Positions 13,501 to 27,785 of a stretch of 64,000 bases of DNA are shown here, piece by piece; the stretch's first letter is position 1, and each line of letters begins with the position of its first letter. The position numbers and the translations under genes were made by a program. The notes under the pieces were generated by a model. It worked only from the letters and a program-made list of their open reading frames with translations, ran no database searches and was not told the origin of the DNA. Source of the stretch: Felis catus (lineage: Eukaryota); assembly GCF_018350175.1 (NCBI RefSeq), contig NC_058368.1:93002001-93066000 (forward strand). The letters run 5' to 3'.

Positions 13501-14826
13501 ACAAAAACCCTGCAGTAAAGTCCTTGTTTCCCATGGCTTTTATAAATGGGTTTTCCCAGCTTTTCAGTCACTAGGTGACTGTCTCTGGCATCCATAGTAT
13601 TTCCAAGTTGGCTGTCCCCTCTGGTCCTTTCTGTGAGAGACAGCCATTTGGGAGGGTTAGTAAATGAGGTCGATTGTCTGTGGCGCATATTTGCCAGCCT
13701 GAACTCCAGTTCTCATTGTCCGACGCATAGGTGTCTACATAAGATTATCGCCACCTGTGGGGAAACTAATAGATCTAAGGTCTCGCATTCATTCTCGAGT
13801 TGGTGTTTGCATTCGGTGGGTTCATATGATCACACTGGCAGGACTCACATAACTGCTTTCAGGCACGTGACATGGATGCCTCTTTTTCTGCATGTGAGAG
13901 ACAGAAAGCCAACAGCGAGCAGGCTCCTGGGAGACCATTCCTCTCCCTCTCTCTCAGGAGTCCGGAGTTCTCTTGCCTAACAAGCTGTCCGCTTTTTCAG
14001 CTTTCTGCCATAAAACAAGTGGATGGATGGCACTTGCTGTCAGGACAATGGTCACACGTGCATCTCTGGAAATCAGCTGCTCGTGTTCAGACCTTCTGCC
14101 TGGGCTGTTTGTGTTTAGGGTCATGCCCTTGGCTTATGAGTTGTTTGAGTGACTTTTCTGTGCATGCGTGAGCCTTCTTAGGTATCGTAGCTGAGGTTCA
14201 CAGGAATGAATCAGTGTCTCAGCGGAGTGTTTTCCAGTTTTCCCTGGTGTGAAACTACAGTAGCCAATCTGTGACAGCCAGTGGAAGACTGGTGTCTTTG
14301 GGTTTTGCACAATTATCGGAAGGGCCTGGGTAGATTTTCTCAGTAGAGTGTCCTGTTCTTGAATTAGAGCCTCTGGGCTACAGTGAAGTCTGTATGTGTC
14401 AACCCTCCGTTTGGTGATTATCTCATATAGTGTTTGGGGATTATCTCAAAAATTAGATGTGGCAACAAAGGAAATAATGAGATGAAGTGATATTCCCGAG
14501 GGAATGTGCTGAAGCTTGACTGCCTGAGGATAAATGTGGCCTTGGAAGGGAAGGTGAGGCAAAGGGAGGATAACAGAAGACTTAATAAGGACCATTAGTG
14601 CTTTTGGGTGGGTGGGGATAGGGACAGAAGACCACCGCCATGAGTAATTGTTCAGCAGTGTAAAAGAGAAGTCGGGGTTTGTTAGCTACGTGCTTTATGG
14701 CTATTCTTTGGAAAGATAAAATAACTAATATGTATCAAAATAAGCAATGTGTGTCATGTACTCCCTGTGAACACTAGTGCTGAGTATACCTCTATGCATT
14801 GTCTCATTTCATCTAGATTGTAATTC

Positions 14827-14856
14827 TTTTTTTTTTTCAAATGTCTTTTTATTTTT

Positions 14857-14902
<46 letters not shown>

Positions 14903-15065
14903 ATGTGAGTGGGGGAGGGGCATAGAAGGAGACAGAATCCGAAGCAGGCTCCAGGCTCTGAGCTGTCAGCACAGAGCCCGACGCAGGGCTCGAACCCTCA
15001 AAGTGGTGAGATCATGACCTGAGCCGAAGTCAGACACTTAACCGACCGAGCCACCCAGGTGCCCC
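14827..15065 (-). mobile_element. Can-SINE inserted in a MIR remnant
   Basis: SINE with (GACA)n; TSD agatYgtaattctt. Confidence 0.92.
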
Positions 15066-16374
15066 AAGATCGTAATTCTTATTCGGCTAGTGAGTAGCAA
15101 AACTGAGACTCAAATTCAGATCTATAAGTTCAAATTTTCTTTTCTTTTGCAACACAGCCTTTACTGCCAGATATGGCTTCATCTGGAATATACGGGTAAA
15201 GTACCATTTCCCATGTCAGTTATCACCATAACAGAAAGTAAGCGCTTGAAAACTTAGGATGTCCAAACCTGTGGCTTCCCTTAATATAAGTGAGGGAGGT
15301 CATTTCTTCTGAATTTTACATTATCAGTTCGCCAGAGTCGATTCAAGGAGACTGTGGTAGAGTAATTTTGATGCATAATTAATTGTTCCATAAAATAGGT
15401 CTTATTTAGTCTTTTTCATCTGTCTCAATGGTTGTTTAGAAAGATCCACAGAGATGGGATTGAAGCCAATACTCAATTATCCATGAAGGTGAGGTAGAGA
15501 ATCGCTGATGACTGTAACAAAATCCGGATGGTATCTGAGCCTGTGCTGCTCTCTGGGATTCCCATCTTAACCCCCTAATTCAGGCTGGACGACTTCTTCA
15601 CATATTTCCCTAGTGGAGCCACATCTCAACCAAACCTCATGGCGTAGTGGAAAGTCCCGGGAAACATTCTTGGGAAGGAGCCCTGTGTTATTCTAGTTGG
15701 ATGTGGTAAATAGGTTTCTTCTCACACATCAACTCCCATCAGTTGGTGGCCATCATCTGTAGCATGGCACTGAGAATGGTTCTTTAGCCCGCAGAAGGGC
15801 TGGACTGGTCGGGACCTTGACTGATTATTCCTATCTGACATGAGTATAGGACAGGGAAGTGAGCGGCTGCTGGGGTGACCCAAATTTCTGTCATCTTAAG
15901 TATATCATTTATGTTTCCTTCTCTGTGCAAGTAGAGTCTGAAACCTTGCATGAAGCATTTTCTCCGTTTCAAAAATAATCATTAAGGAAACTGTCTTAAT
16001 CATGTTGTTTCGTTTTAAGAAGTTTGCTTGGATGAGTGTGGAATGAATGTGATGTGGTGAAATGCTCTACCTCCTAACAGGTTTGCAGATCAGTTGACCA
16101 TTTGCTGTTGTTAAAATCAAGGAGTCTGAAGGTGTAAGAGACTGTGAGGCCACAGTGAGGTCTTCCTTGTCTCTTCTGCCTGGCTGGCTGTGTGTCTGTG
16201 TGTGCCTCCTTCCTTCTTTTCCTTCTTTTCCTTCTTCCCCTTCTTTTTTCCTTCCTTTCCTTTCTGCCCTCCCTTTTTCCCCCCTCTCTCTGCCTTTCTC
16301 TCTTCCCATACAACATGAAAGACACGTGAGACCCTGGTCACTAAAACTTTAATTTTTTCTTTTACTGTTCCAGA

Positions 16375-16634
16375 TTTTTTATTTTTTAAAATTAAAAAAA
16401 AAATCTTTATTTGTTTTTGAGAGACAGAGTGTGAACAGGGGAGGAACAGAGAGAAAGGGAGTCAGTGCATGAGCCAGGGAGGGGCAGAGAGAGAGGGAGA
16501 CACAAAATCCAAAGTGGGCTTCAGGCTCTGAGCCGTCAGTACAGAGCCCGACGTGGGGCTTGAACTCATGAACTGTGAGATCATGACCCGAGCCGAAGTT
16601 GGACGCTGAACCGACTAAGCCACCCAGGTGCCCC
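16375..16634 (-). mobile_element. Can-SINE with internal duplication of the GA-linker segment
   Basis: Two consecutive gag...ggggagg...cagagaga blocks. Confidence 0.9.
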
Positions 16635-16845
16635 TACTGTTTCATATTTGAAACTTACAAAAATGTATTCATCTTGATTTAACTGTCCGTTAAATCATGA
16701 GGATCACGTTCAGTGCCTATAGTGAGTGCTAGGGGAACAGAGCCAAGTTGCTTCTTGGGGCCTAGAAGGTTCTTTGTGATCTCTTTTTTCCCACACCTTG
16801 AGCCTCATTATTTACTAGCAGCACCCCCTCCTCGCCCTGTACGCT

Positions 16846-16893
16846 CACATACACACACACTCAGACACACAACACTCACTTCCACACACACCC

Positions 16894-16940
<47 letters not shown>
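16846..16940. repeat. (CA)n microsatellite
   Basis: Read directly. Confidence 0.95.
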
Positions 16941-16944
<4 letters not shown>

Positions 16945-17511
16945 CATTGGTACCACCCTAAACTGTCGGGAGAGCCAAAACCTGGGCATTCTTTCAGTGT
17001 TCTGTGTCTCTGTATGTGCTGCACCTTTTATCTGAAATATATTACTTCTGTCTGCCTTTGGACCCCGTTCAGGTTTCCCGCTCTGGGAAGCTTTTCCTGA
17101 CTTAGTTGTCCTTCTCCTTTGTAATTAGCATCTGGTAATATACTAGTACTAATCCAATCCTGTTACAAGTCATGATGATGATGCCCTGGGTAATATTTGC
17201 TCAGCCCTTTCCGTGTGCCAAGGACGGTGCTAAGGGCCATCCTTGGATATCTTGTAATTGTGTAATAACTTAGTGAAGTATTATCTTAGTGAGGAGACTG
17301 AAGCAGGCAGAAGTGACTGGCCTAAGAGAACAATTGCTTGAGTGTTGTGGAGGCTTTTCAACACAGTTTAAACTGTGGATTTGCAGAGTTTGCTCTCCTG
17401 CATTGTGAGCTCCTGGACATTGTGACTTATTTCGTTGATTTTGTGTATCCACTGCAGGAGAGGGGGTAGAGGCTCAAAATGTTTGTCACATTGAATTTGA
17501 AATCTTATTTC

Positions 17512-17567
17512 TTTTTTAATGTTTATTTCTTTTTGGGAGAAAGACACAGTATGAAGAGGGGTGGGGC

Positions 17568-17618
<51 letters not shown>

Positions 17619-18283
17619 GACACAGAATCTGAAGCAGGCTCCAGGCTCCGAGCTGTCAGCACAGAGCCTGATGTGGGACTTGAACCCAAAAACTGTGAGA
17701 TCATGACCTGAGCCGATGTTGGACACCCAACCCACTGAGCCACCCAGGTGCCCCTGCAGTCTTATTTCTAATAGGCTAAGCAGTCTTTCTATTTACCTCT
17801 CCAAGTTTTTTGTTTTGGTTTTATTTTTTTGAAAATTTTGTAATGTTTATTTATTTTTGAGACAGAAACAGAGCATCAGTGGGGGAGGGGCAGAAAGAGG
17901 GAGACACAGAATCTGAAGCAGACTCTAGGGTCTCTGAGCTGTCAGCACAGAGCCCCACATGGGGCTTGAACCCATGAACTGTGAGATCATGACCTGTACC
18001 GAAGTCGGATGCTTAACTGAGCCATCCAGGTGCCCCTACCTCTCCAAATTTTAGAATGTAGGAACATACAGTAAACTGGTTTCTCTTTCTTTGTTTTTCC
18101 TCAGATTTTTGTGTATCCTCTGCCAGTGTAATTAATGATCACATATCATCAGTATCACTTTCTGGCAGTAGCCTCCGTTTCGAATTTAACATGTTCGAAA
18201 GACACAGGGAACTTTAAAATTCATGCCATCTGAAAGATGAGTGAAATTTCTTTCTCTCATTCTTTTTTTTTTTTAAGTTTATT

Positions 18284-18320
<37 letters not shown>

Positions 18321-18836
18321 CGCGCAAGTGAGGAAGGGGCAGAGAGAGAGAGAGAGAAAGAGAGAGAAGGAGAGAAAGAGAGAATGCCAAGCAGGCTCTG
18401 CACCATGAGTGCAGAGCCTGATGTGGGGCTTGAACTCATGAGCAGTGAGATCATGACCTGAGCAGAAGTTGGACACTTAACCAACTGAGCCACCCAGGGT
18501 GCCCCTCTTTCTCTCATTCTTAAGCTCTGTGTCCTTAGTATAAAAACCTAAGGAATTTAAGGGACAGGTGGTGTCATATGTAAGATAAAGAGCAAATAAA
18601 TCCCTTCTGCCTCTCAGAACTTTTTTTCTTTATTTTAGAGAAAGCGAGCAAGTGGGTGGGGTAGAAGGGCAGAGAGAGAGGGAGAGAGAAAATCCTAAGT
18701 AGGCTCCACGCTCAGCACGGAGCCTGACATGGGGCTCAATTTTATGGCCCTGGGATCATGACCTGAGCTGAACTCAAGAGTCGGATGCTCAACCAACTGA
18801 GCCACCCAGGCACCCCTCTCAGAAGGATTTTGCCGC
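17512..18836 (-). mobile_element. Cluster of four antisense Can-SINEs (17512-17754, about 17830-18036, 18263-18505, 18620-18836)
   Basis: Four bodies, each ending in a gagcca.cca.g...ccc head. Confidence 0.92.
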
Positions 18837-19651
18837 AGGTAGCTTCCACTGTCAGATTACAACCACTCATTTATCAGCAAGGTTGGTGGTTCTTCTTTCT
18901 GATGGAGAACCTTCCTTGAGAAGTAGTCCGTGGAGTTTTCCTTTATACCTTCCTTATTTTCTCCATCCTATCTTTAGGATGTAGCACATCTCTGTCAGGC
19001 CAGTTGGTGATCCTGGAATCCAAGCATGACTACGTATATGTCATTTCCCATCGTGTTAGGGCAGAAAAATGGACCACCCACGGGCGCTGGAGAAAACCAG
19101 ACTTCATCGTGGCCGGGAGATTGCTTCTGTAACGAAGCAGTTAAGAAAGATGATTTGTCGGGTTTAAATTCAGAGAATACAAATTGATACACTGTATTAA
19201 AAATCACCAGTATCAGCCCTGCCTGATTGGTCTTAACTGTGCAGGTGTTCCGAGCTGGGAGTCACAATTTGGACTTAATTACAGTTAATTACAGGCATGG
19301 CTAGTTGTAACAGACTTGCCACTTAATGTTTATTTTGTCCCTTGTTCTTAAAACCAGGAAAGTAACTATTAATATAACACCACATGGCAGCCACTGAATA
19401 GTAAAGTAGAATGTTTTAAAAAAAGGAAGTTTTAGGGAATTAAACACTAAGCTACAGTGTAGTGCACTTGTGCTTAACCTTGACTGTCATCAGGCCAGGT
19501 TTAACGTGCTTTGTAACGCTCCATTGGAACTAACTTTGAGGGCTTGGCTTAGAAACACTTAAAAACAAAACAGAAAAAAGCACAACACTAAAAAAATTGT
19601 TCCCTGGGGTTTGTACTTAGACTTTGGGCTCTTGTTTCATGAGTTTCTGGG

Positions 19652-19867
19652 ATTTTTTTTTTTTTTTAAGTTTATTTTTGAGAGAGAGAGAGAGAAACAG
19701 AGCGTGAGTGGGGGAGGGGCAGAGAGAGAGGGAGACACAGAATCCGAAGCAGGCTCCGGGCTCTGAACTGTCAGCACAGAGCCTGAGGTGGGGCTCGAAC
19801 TTACTGGACGGCAAGATTATGACCTGAGCCAGTCGATGCTTAACCCACTGGGCCACCCAGGTGCCCC
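19652..19867 (-). mobile_element. Can-SINE
   Basis: Canonical body. Confidence 0.92.
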
Positions 19868-20821
19868 TTTGGGATGTTTGTTCCCAGTTGCCAAGACTGC
19901 GAGCTCTTGAGCTTGAAGAATCTTTCTGGAGACTTTCCTCCTTCACATCTCCCCTGGCTTCAGTTCCAGCACAACCTTTTGTTGTACCAGAGAAGGGAAA
20001 GAAGAAAAGCCAGAGCCCCCCTTCTCCCCTTACCCCCCCCCCCCGCCCCCCACTGCCAGGAAGGAGTCTCAGATGAGCTTCCCTGACATTTCAGAACCTT
20101 TCCTTTCCAGAGGGCTCCCTCGCTCTTTGCCTCTCAGCCATAGGGTTTTTGTTGTTGTTGTTGTTGTTGTTGTTTGTTTGTTTGTTTGTTTCCCCCTCCA
20201 GATTATATTTCTCGTAGGTGAAAAATCACATCACAGCCAAAGGTGAACTTTTGTTCCAAGTCACATTTTCCTCCTCCTGGCCTGGCTGTAGCGGCACCTG
20301 CCATTCAGAATGGTACGTGCAGCCTTCCAGCTCATGGTTTTCTATGTTTGCTAAATGTTAACGTCTTTATAACCCATGTATAGTATTTGTAATTCCGTAC
20401 ATTTCACAGAGATGCTGTGCTGTGCCTATCATTTCGCAGCTGGCTTATCTCTTTCACTCAACATTATACTTTGGGTGTATAGGCTAGTTTACTTACATTA
20501 ATTATAGCAATGGATATTTTGGTACCTGTTTCTGACATTTATTTTGACTTCATAATGTTTTCTCACTGCTTCTTTCTTCTTTCTTTACGTTGGGTGATGT
20601 GAGGATTTTTTAAAAATTCTTTTTTTTTCCCCCTCTAACAGCTTAGATGTTACACAATTTGTTTCCTCTCTTTTAGTGGTTATTTTATAATTTTTAGCAA
20701 ATATGTATATTTAATGATGTCTGAAGTTAGTGAGAATTCCTCTTTCTTCTTGCACTCAGTGTAACAACCCTTAGAAACCTTCCTTCTAATCCCCCTACCC
20801 TGTCCATCTATGTTATTAATA

Positions 20822-21560
20822 TTTTTTTAATTTAATGTTTATTTTTTTTAATGTTTATTTTTGAGAGAGAGTAAAAGAGACCGTGAGTGGGGTAGGGACA
20901 GAGAGAGAGAGAGAGAAGAGGGATCTGAAGCGGGCTCTGGGCTGACAACAGAGCACTGTTTGTGGGGCTCAGACTCAAAGTGTGTGATCATGACCTGAGC
21001 CGAAGTCAGATGCTCAACTGACTAAGCCACCCAGGTGCCCCCTTAAAATTGTTTTATGACTGGATAAGTGATGAGCCACAGTGTCCTTACTGTGGGCACA
21101 GGTTCGAACATGGATTGCTTGGGCCCATCTCTTGGCCCCATACTTTAAAACCATACAGCCCTGGCTCATTCTCTAACTCCTGAGCCTCACTTAACCCATT
21201 CTTAAAATGGGGATGATGATAATAGCATCTACCTTCTTGGGTGGTTATGTGTTTTTATTATTTTTTTTTTAATTTTTAAATGTTTGTTTATTTTTGAGAA
21301 AGAGAGAGAGACAGAGACAGAGATAGAGACAGAGCGTGAGCAGGGGAGGGGCAGAGAGGGAGACACAGAATCCGAAGCAGCCTGCAGGCTCTGAGCTATT
21401 AGCACAGAGCCTGACACAGGTCTGGAACCCACGGACAGTGAGATCATGACCTGAGCTGAAGTCAGATGCTCAACTAACAGCCACCCAGGTACCCCATTGG
21501 GTGGTCATGTGTTTTAAATGAATGAATACACATAACAGGTTAGAGCAGTGCCTGGCCCTA
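20822..21560. mobile_element. Antisense Can-SINEs (20822-21041, 21253-21495); the second is nested in a sense MIR (about 21075-21560)
   Basis: MIR core split by a SINE with TSD ttgggtggtYatgtgtttt. Confidence 0.85.
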
Positions 21561-22506
21561 TTACATATGGCGAGCTGACCATACTTTAACACAGCTTTCA
21601 TGTTTTCATCTCAAGTACTGTGGACAGTTTGAGGCTGGGTACTACCAAAGTTAGAAGAAAGTGTCCTGGCTGAAGACTGTAAGTTTGGAGAAAGCCTAAA
21701 CTTGGAAGCAGTCTATTTCTGTTACCACAGGGCACTGAATGTAACATGCAGGTTTATTTAAGTGTTTGCTTCTGCCAGAGAAGCGGGAGGTTCAAACAGC
21801 TGCTGTCGTCCAGGATCGTCAGAGAGTGAAGATGTGACATTTTAGAAATCATAATGTCAATTAGTGGGTAGGCGCTTATTTGGTTTATAAATATTTGATT
21901 TGCACCCAATCTTTCAGTTCAGCCGGCAGCCCCCATCAAATGATGTGAGTGCTGGGAGACATGAACTTGAGCTAACAGGTTTTCTCGGTAATTCATGATG
22001 TGACTGTGGCCAAGTTCTTTCAATTGTCTCTGCTTTAATTGGACTGTTATAAGGGCAAATGATATAATAAAAGCGACTGGCTTTTAGCTAGCATTTTAAG
22101 TGCTTAAAATAACTAAGGCGATGATAACACATTATAGCCAGTAGCAATAATTACTATAATGCTTCATATAAAAATATGCGGTTTTTATCAGTTCAGGTTA
22201 AATTTTTTGAATTAACTGGGTTGGCTCGTATTGAGTTATTTCACAGCTTTAGGACTTGCCATGTTTATTTTACTTGCTTAGGATTTATTCCCTATCAACC
22301 TCCCAAATGATTTGAGGATGCTTTTCAGCATGTATAGACAGTTCATGTAAGCGTGTTGAGAAGTTAGTAAAGAAGTGACCAATGAAGAATTTTATTTCAG
22401 TTTCTCATTTCCTCTCATCTGGATTTTTATCCTTTCCAGTAGCTACGACCAGTGATGTCAGTGTGTCTGTCCATCTCTTCTCACTTCACCTTTCGTGCAC
22501 TCATTC

Positions 22507-22712
22507 AGGGGAGTCTGGGTGGCTCAGTCTGTTGAACCTCTGATTCTTGATTTCAGCTCAGGTCATGATCTCGCAGTTCGTGGGTTGGAGTCCTGCATGG
22601 GGCTCTGTTCTGACAGTGCGGAACCTGTTAGGGATTTTCTTTCTCTCTGTCTTTCTCTGTCTCTGCCCCTCCAGCACCCCCCCCCAAAATAAATAAATGT
22701 AAAAAAATAAAA
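22507..22712 (+). mobile_element. Can-SINE
   Basis: Head ggggagtctgggtggctcag; TSD-like caYtcattca. Confidence 0.9.
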
Positions 22713-23999
22713 GAGGACATTCATTCATTGGAGGCCAACTGTGGACACAGAAACTGAAATTAATCGTCATCTAAGAAACTAACATCTGTTAAGCACTGTC
22801 TTACACTGAGAGAGAGATACACTCTGATTAGACCCTCCTTAAATGATAAAACTGAGGCTTAGAAAGTTTAAATAATTTTCCCGAGGTCACAGAACTAGTC
22901 ACAGGTGGAAAGTCCAGCAGAACTTAAATCTGTCAGAATCTAGATCCTAGAGCCCAGGTTCCTCAGCCATTCGCCTCAGTGCTTTCTGTGACATCACTGT
23001 GCAGAGAACCGAGGTGGGAAAAAAATAATTCTCCTCTCTTTCTGGAGAAGTTCACAAGTAATTTTGAGGGTCAACTGACATAAATTACAAGACCATGTGA
23101 GAACAGTTTCCTGGCAATACATCAACATATGTAAAATGCCTAAGTGGGTCCGCAGAGGGTGTGAGCCTGGTTGAGAGAAGGCAGGTGAAAGGGGGTTAAG
23201 ATTTTAAAGAAGTTTTAAAGGCAGCAGGGTATAGATGTCGGATAACCATCCCTGGACCTCAGTGTTCAGTTCTAGAACTTTAGTCTGTAGATAGCTATTG
23301 TCTAAGAAGAGGAGAATGTCAGAAACACCTAATTTGAGCAAATGGTAAGAATTCTTTCAAAAATAGGTATGATTGGAAGTTTTTGGAGCTCTTTTTCAAC
23401 ACTGACTTTGCTTTAATATCCTTCCTTACAAAGTCCCTTCCTCCTCCTCCTTGATTAATTTTCCCATTTTTATATCACAAGTTGACATTGAATTCATGTG
23501 CTTTTGCCCTCTTGAGGGCTCATGCAATACTATTACTTATTCACGGGGTCACTTTTACTAGGGTGAGCCAAGTGGCTCTTGCCTCATTAATAACCATACA
23601 AGGTAGATGTTATTTTAAATTTCTGTAGTTGAATAGACCTAGGCTGGGAGAGATTAAGTATCTTGTGCAGGACCATTTAGCTAGTAAGTGGTCAAGGCAG
23701 AAATGAAATCCAAGCTTCTCTGACTCCAAATTGTGTGTGCATTTCCTATGAGTCACACTATGCGATATTCTGAGCAGTTGGTTGATATTTAAAAGGCATG
23801 AACCAAAGCCACCCACCCGAAAGTAACTGCACCACTCAAGAGTTACTGTGCCTTAAATTCCAATACTTGAGATGCATCCCCTTTGAATTGTTTAGCTGCG
23901 CTCTCCCCGAAGTGTTTCAGTTAATGATCATTCTTTATCTTTTATAGACCTTCACACAGCACTTTAATGTGGATTAAATTAAACGTGGGCATACTTTTG

Positions 24000-24620
24000 C
24001 CTGTTCAAATGGGAGAAAACCCAGCTAACAGAGGCTTACACAAACCGGGTGAGCTATGGCTAGCTCAGTGGCATAAGATGTCGGGGCTGGTATTACTGTG
24101 ATTCTTTTTTTTTTTTTTTTAATGTTTATTTTTGAGAGAGAGCATGAGCAGGGGAGGGGCAGAGAGAGAGGGAGACACAGGATCCTAGGCAGGCTCCAGG
24201 CCCCATGCTGGCAGCACAGAGGCCAGCACGGGGCTCAAACTCATGAACCGTGAGATCATGACCTGACCCGAAGTCAGATGCTCAACCGACTGAGCCACCC
24301 AGGTGCTCCAGTATTACTTTGATTCTTTTGGCCTTTTTCCTCAAGGTCACAAGATAGCTGCTGCGGACCTAGGGCATCCGTTCTTATTTAGGCTTAGAGG
24401 GAGGGAAGGAAGAGAGCAACGCCAGCCAGGTGTTGTTTCTATCCAGAAAAGCAAAGCCTACCCAATGAGTCTTCCAGCAAACTTTGGCTTCTGACTTCCG
24501 GTGAGAGCTGCCTCACATGGCTGTACACACCTGCAAAAGAGTCTGGGGACGTGGGTATTTCTGTAATGGAGATGGGCAGGGTAGGAGAGGGATGGGAATG
24601 ACACCGGGTCAGCCAGTCGA
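24000..24620. mobile_element. MaLR (MLT1-like) LTR remnant with a nested antisense Can-SINE (24105-24308)
   Basis: ggtcacaagatagctgctgc...cacatggctgtacacacctgcaaaagagtctggg resembles MLT1. Confidence 0.6.
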
Positions 24621-26197
24621 CAGTGTTGCCCGCAACATACGATCTACGTTCATTTTATCCTCCAAACCATTTTCAGAGGTGGCAAAGAACATTATCTCCA
24701 TGTGACACATGATGGAAATAAGGTCCGTGAGGTTTGAATGACTTGCCAAGGTCAAAGGACAAGTTAGAGTATCTGGAATCTGAGCCTGGGTTTCCTGCAT
24801 TCCAGGCAAGTTCTTTCTCTTCTACGCTCTTCGCCCAGGGAGGAGTGAGCAGTTCAGTGATTAAGACTTTGCTGCGTTGGTTCTGAAATCCTCCTCCCCG
24901 GAGGCAGAAATCTCTCTGTGCAGGAGGTTCCAAAAGCCAGGGAAAGGCTACGGGCTTGGGGTGAGGGAATGACAAGTACCAGTGCTGCTTGTTTCTTCCC
25001 AGTTTTGCTCGGGACTGGACATTGGACATGAATGCTGAACATAGCTTTTCTGTGTCTGCCTCCCACCGGTTCTGGGCTGAGGGTCTTGTAGGAAATTTCA
25101 GTGAGGCCATTGAAAAGACTGGTCTCTTTTCCCCTGTTTGTCCTTTGACCTAGTCTGGGACAGGAGGTTGCGGTCTAACTTCTGTGTTGATGGAGTCTCT
25201 CTCGGCCACGCTTTGATGAAGAAAAAGCCTCATTATTTGGCTTGCGTCTCTGGTGGCTTTTTCACCCGCCTTTATACAAAAGCTGGTTTCTAAGGAAGGG
25301 GCCTCTTTTTTGGATGAAGACATTTCCGTGTATTTTCTTCAGGGCCATTATCCTGCAAATATCCGAGTGCTGAACTTGGAAGGTCACAGTCCCGAGTTTT
25401 ACGAAGGGTCCAGGCGACCCCGGCGGAAGGGAGGGGTGGGTACCACGTCCTGTTCCATGATGTAGCCTCTCCCGACCCCTCCTCTTCTGTGGCCCTTTCC
25501 ACAGGCACTGTAACCATTCAGTTGCATTTCTCTGAGGGTTTTTAGTCTTTGTATCCACAGAGTTTGACAAATAGAAGCATTCAATAACTGAATGAGGAAA
25601 AAAAAAACTTGGCTTTATTGAATATTTGGTTTAAAGGTTAACCAAGAAAGCTGACTTATTTTTGTTCACGCTGCTGAAAACAGTTATGTAATGTAATGGT
25701 TCAAGGTTTCACCTTAGCAAGCAGAGCGTTTTGTTTATTTTTATTTATTTTATTTTATTATTTTGTGTGTGTGTGTGAGCAGAATAGATATAAATTGGAT
25801 TCAGTGTGCTTGGTTCTGTAGGTCGTGGTGGTGACTGTCAGTTGCTACCTTCTAGTTTTGCACTTTTTCACATGTAGACTATTTGTTAGGATGTTTTCGA
25901 ATGTCTGATGACCTCCTTTGTTCTCATTTTTCCTTCCTCTCGTGTGCCACTCATTGTCCTTTATTTTTATCAATTAACTTACATTTATTTATTCACATGG
26001 TTTTGAAATAGCTAAGTAAATGATGGTGCCATTAGAAGTCTCCTTTACATTTCTAATCCCCAGCTACTCAGTTTACCTCCCCTAAGCCATACTTAGCATT
26101 CTTTCTAGAATATTCTTTCAGAGATATTGTGTGCACATACAAAACTACCCAAGTAGTAGCATGTAGTTGTGTAATTTTTTAAACTCAGTTACTTCCA

Positions 26198-26367
26198 GGG
26201 GCGCCTGGGTGGCTCAGTCGGGTGAGTGTCCGACTTCGACTCAGGTCATGATCGCACATTCATGGGTTCGAGCCCCACATCAGGCTCTGTGCTGACAGCT
26301 CAGAGCCTGGAGCCTGCTTCGGATTCTGTGTCTCCCTCTCTCTCTGCCCCTCCCCCACTGGCCCACA

Positions 26368-26414
<47 letters not shown>

Positions 26415-26698
26415 AACAAATAAACATAATAATAAAAAAATTTTAACTCAGTTACTGCCTCCATCATTTTCTTCAATTGTATATAAAAAATTTCCTCATC
26501 TTGTTTTTTTTAATGTTTATTTTTGAGAGAGGACACACACAAGTCGGGGAGGGGCAGAGAGAAAAAGAGGCAGAGAATCCAAAGCAGGCTCTGTGCTGAC
26601 AGCAGAGGGCCCGATGTGGGACTCAAACCCACAAACCATGAGATCATGAGCTGAGCAGAAGCCAGATGCTTACCCGACTAAGCCACTCAGGCTCCCCC
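26198..26698. mobile_element. Tail-to-tail Can-SINE pair (+ 26198-26440; - 26504-26698)
   Basis: TSDs aactcagttact and cctcatcttRttt. Confidence 0.9.
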
Positions 26699-27304
26699 TC
26701 ATCTTATTTTAATGTCATACTGTTCCATCTTGTGGAAGTCCCTAATGTGGCTACCCCCTCCCTTATTTGTGGATATTTAGATCAGTTCTAGTCTTTTGCT
26801 AATATGCAGGCAATGCTGTATTAAATGATCCTGTATCTTCACCGATCACATGTGCAAATATATCAGTAGGACAAATTTCAAATGGAATGGCCTGGTCAAA
26901 GAATATGTGTGTTTCCAACCCAGTAATTTGCCTTCTCAAGGGTCATGTGGATGTGCACTTCCACCTACAATGTATGACCGTAACTGTATCCCCATCCCGC
27001 CACTCTTCTAGTGTGTTACAAAGCTGTTTGATCTTTTTGCAACAGGACAGGTCAAAAAAAAAAAGGTATCTCATTTTCTTCCTATGATTAAAGTTGAGCA
27101 TCTTTTTAAGAAAAAAACAATAGGTTGATGAGACATTTTTAGTTGCTTTTCCATGACCTTCTCTTTATGTCCTTTCCCCATTTTTCTGTGGATTGCTTGT
27201 CTCTTTCTTAAGGATTTGTAGGAACCTATATACCAGGGAAACAAGTCCTTTGTTGTGAACGTTTTCAGTTCCAATAACAGTTGTGAACATTTTCCCCACG
27301 TGGT

Positions 27305-27692
27305 ATTTGTTTTGTTTTGTTTTACATTTATTCATTTTTGAGGGGCAGGGAGAGAGCACAAGTGGGAGAGGGGCAGAGAGAGAGGGAGACACAGAATCCA
27401 AAGCAGGCTCCAGGCTCTGAGCTGTCAGCACAGAGCCCGATGTGGGGTTTGAACCCACTATGAGATCATGACCTGAGCCGAAGTCGAATGCTTAACCAAC
27501 TGAGCCACCTAGGTGACTCTTGATTTTGGCTCAGGTCATGATTGCGCTCATTGTGGATTCAAGCCCCACATCAGGCTCTGCACTGATGGTGTGGAGCCTG
27601 CTTGGGATTCATTCTCTCTCTCTCTCTCTCCCCCCCCCCCCGGTGCCCCTCCTATGCTCTCTCTCGAGATCAGTAAAATAAGCTTTAAAAAA
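27305..27692. mobile_element. Fused head-to-head Can-SINE pair (- to about 27515; + from about 27515)
   Basis: Junction tgagccacctaggtg|actcttgattttggctcagg with no spacer. Confidence 0.9.
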
Positions 27693-27785
27693 ATTATTAC
27701 TTTGATAATATGTCGGGGCTGCTTCTCCCTTATTATTCTTCCTTTTCGGAGTTTCCTTTGTTATTTTACCTCTATTTGCTTTCTT

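Noticed and set aside
26198..26290. tRNA-like A/B boxes
   Set aside because: tRNA-derived SINE heads, not tRNA genes
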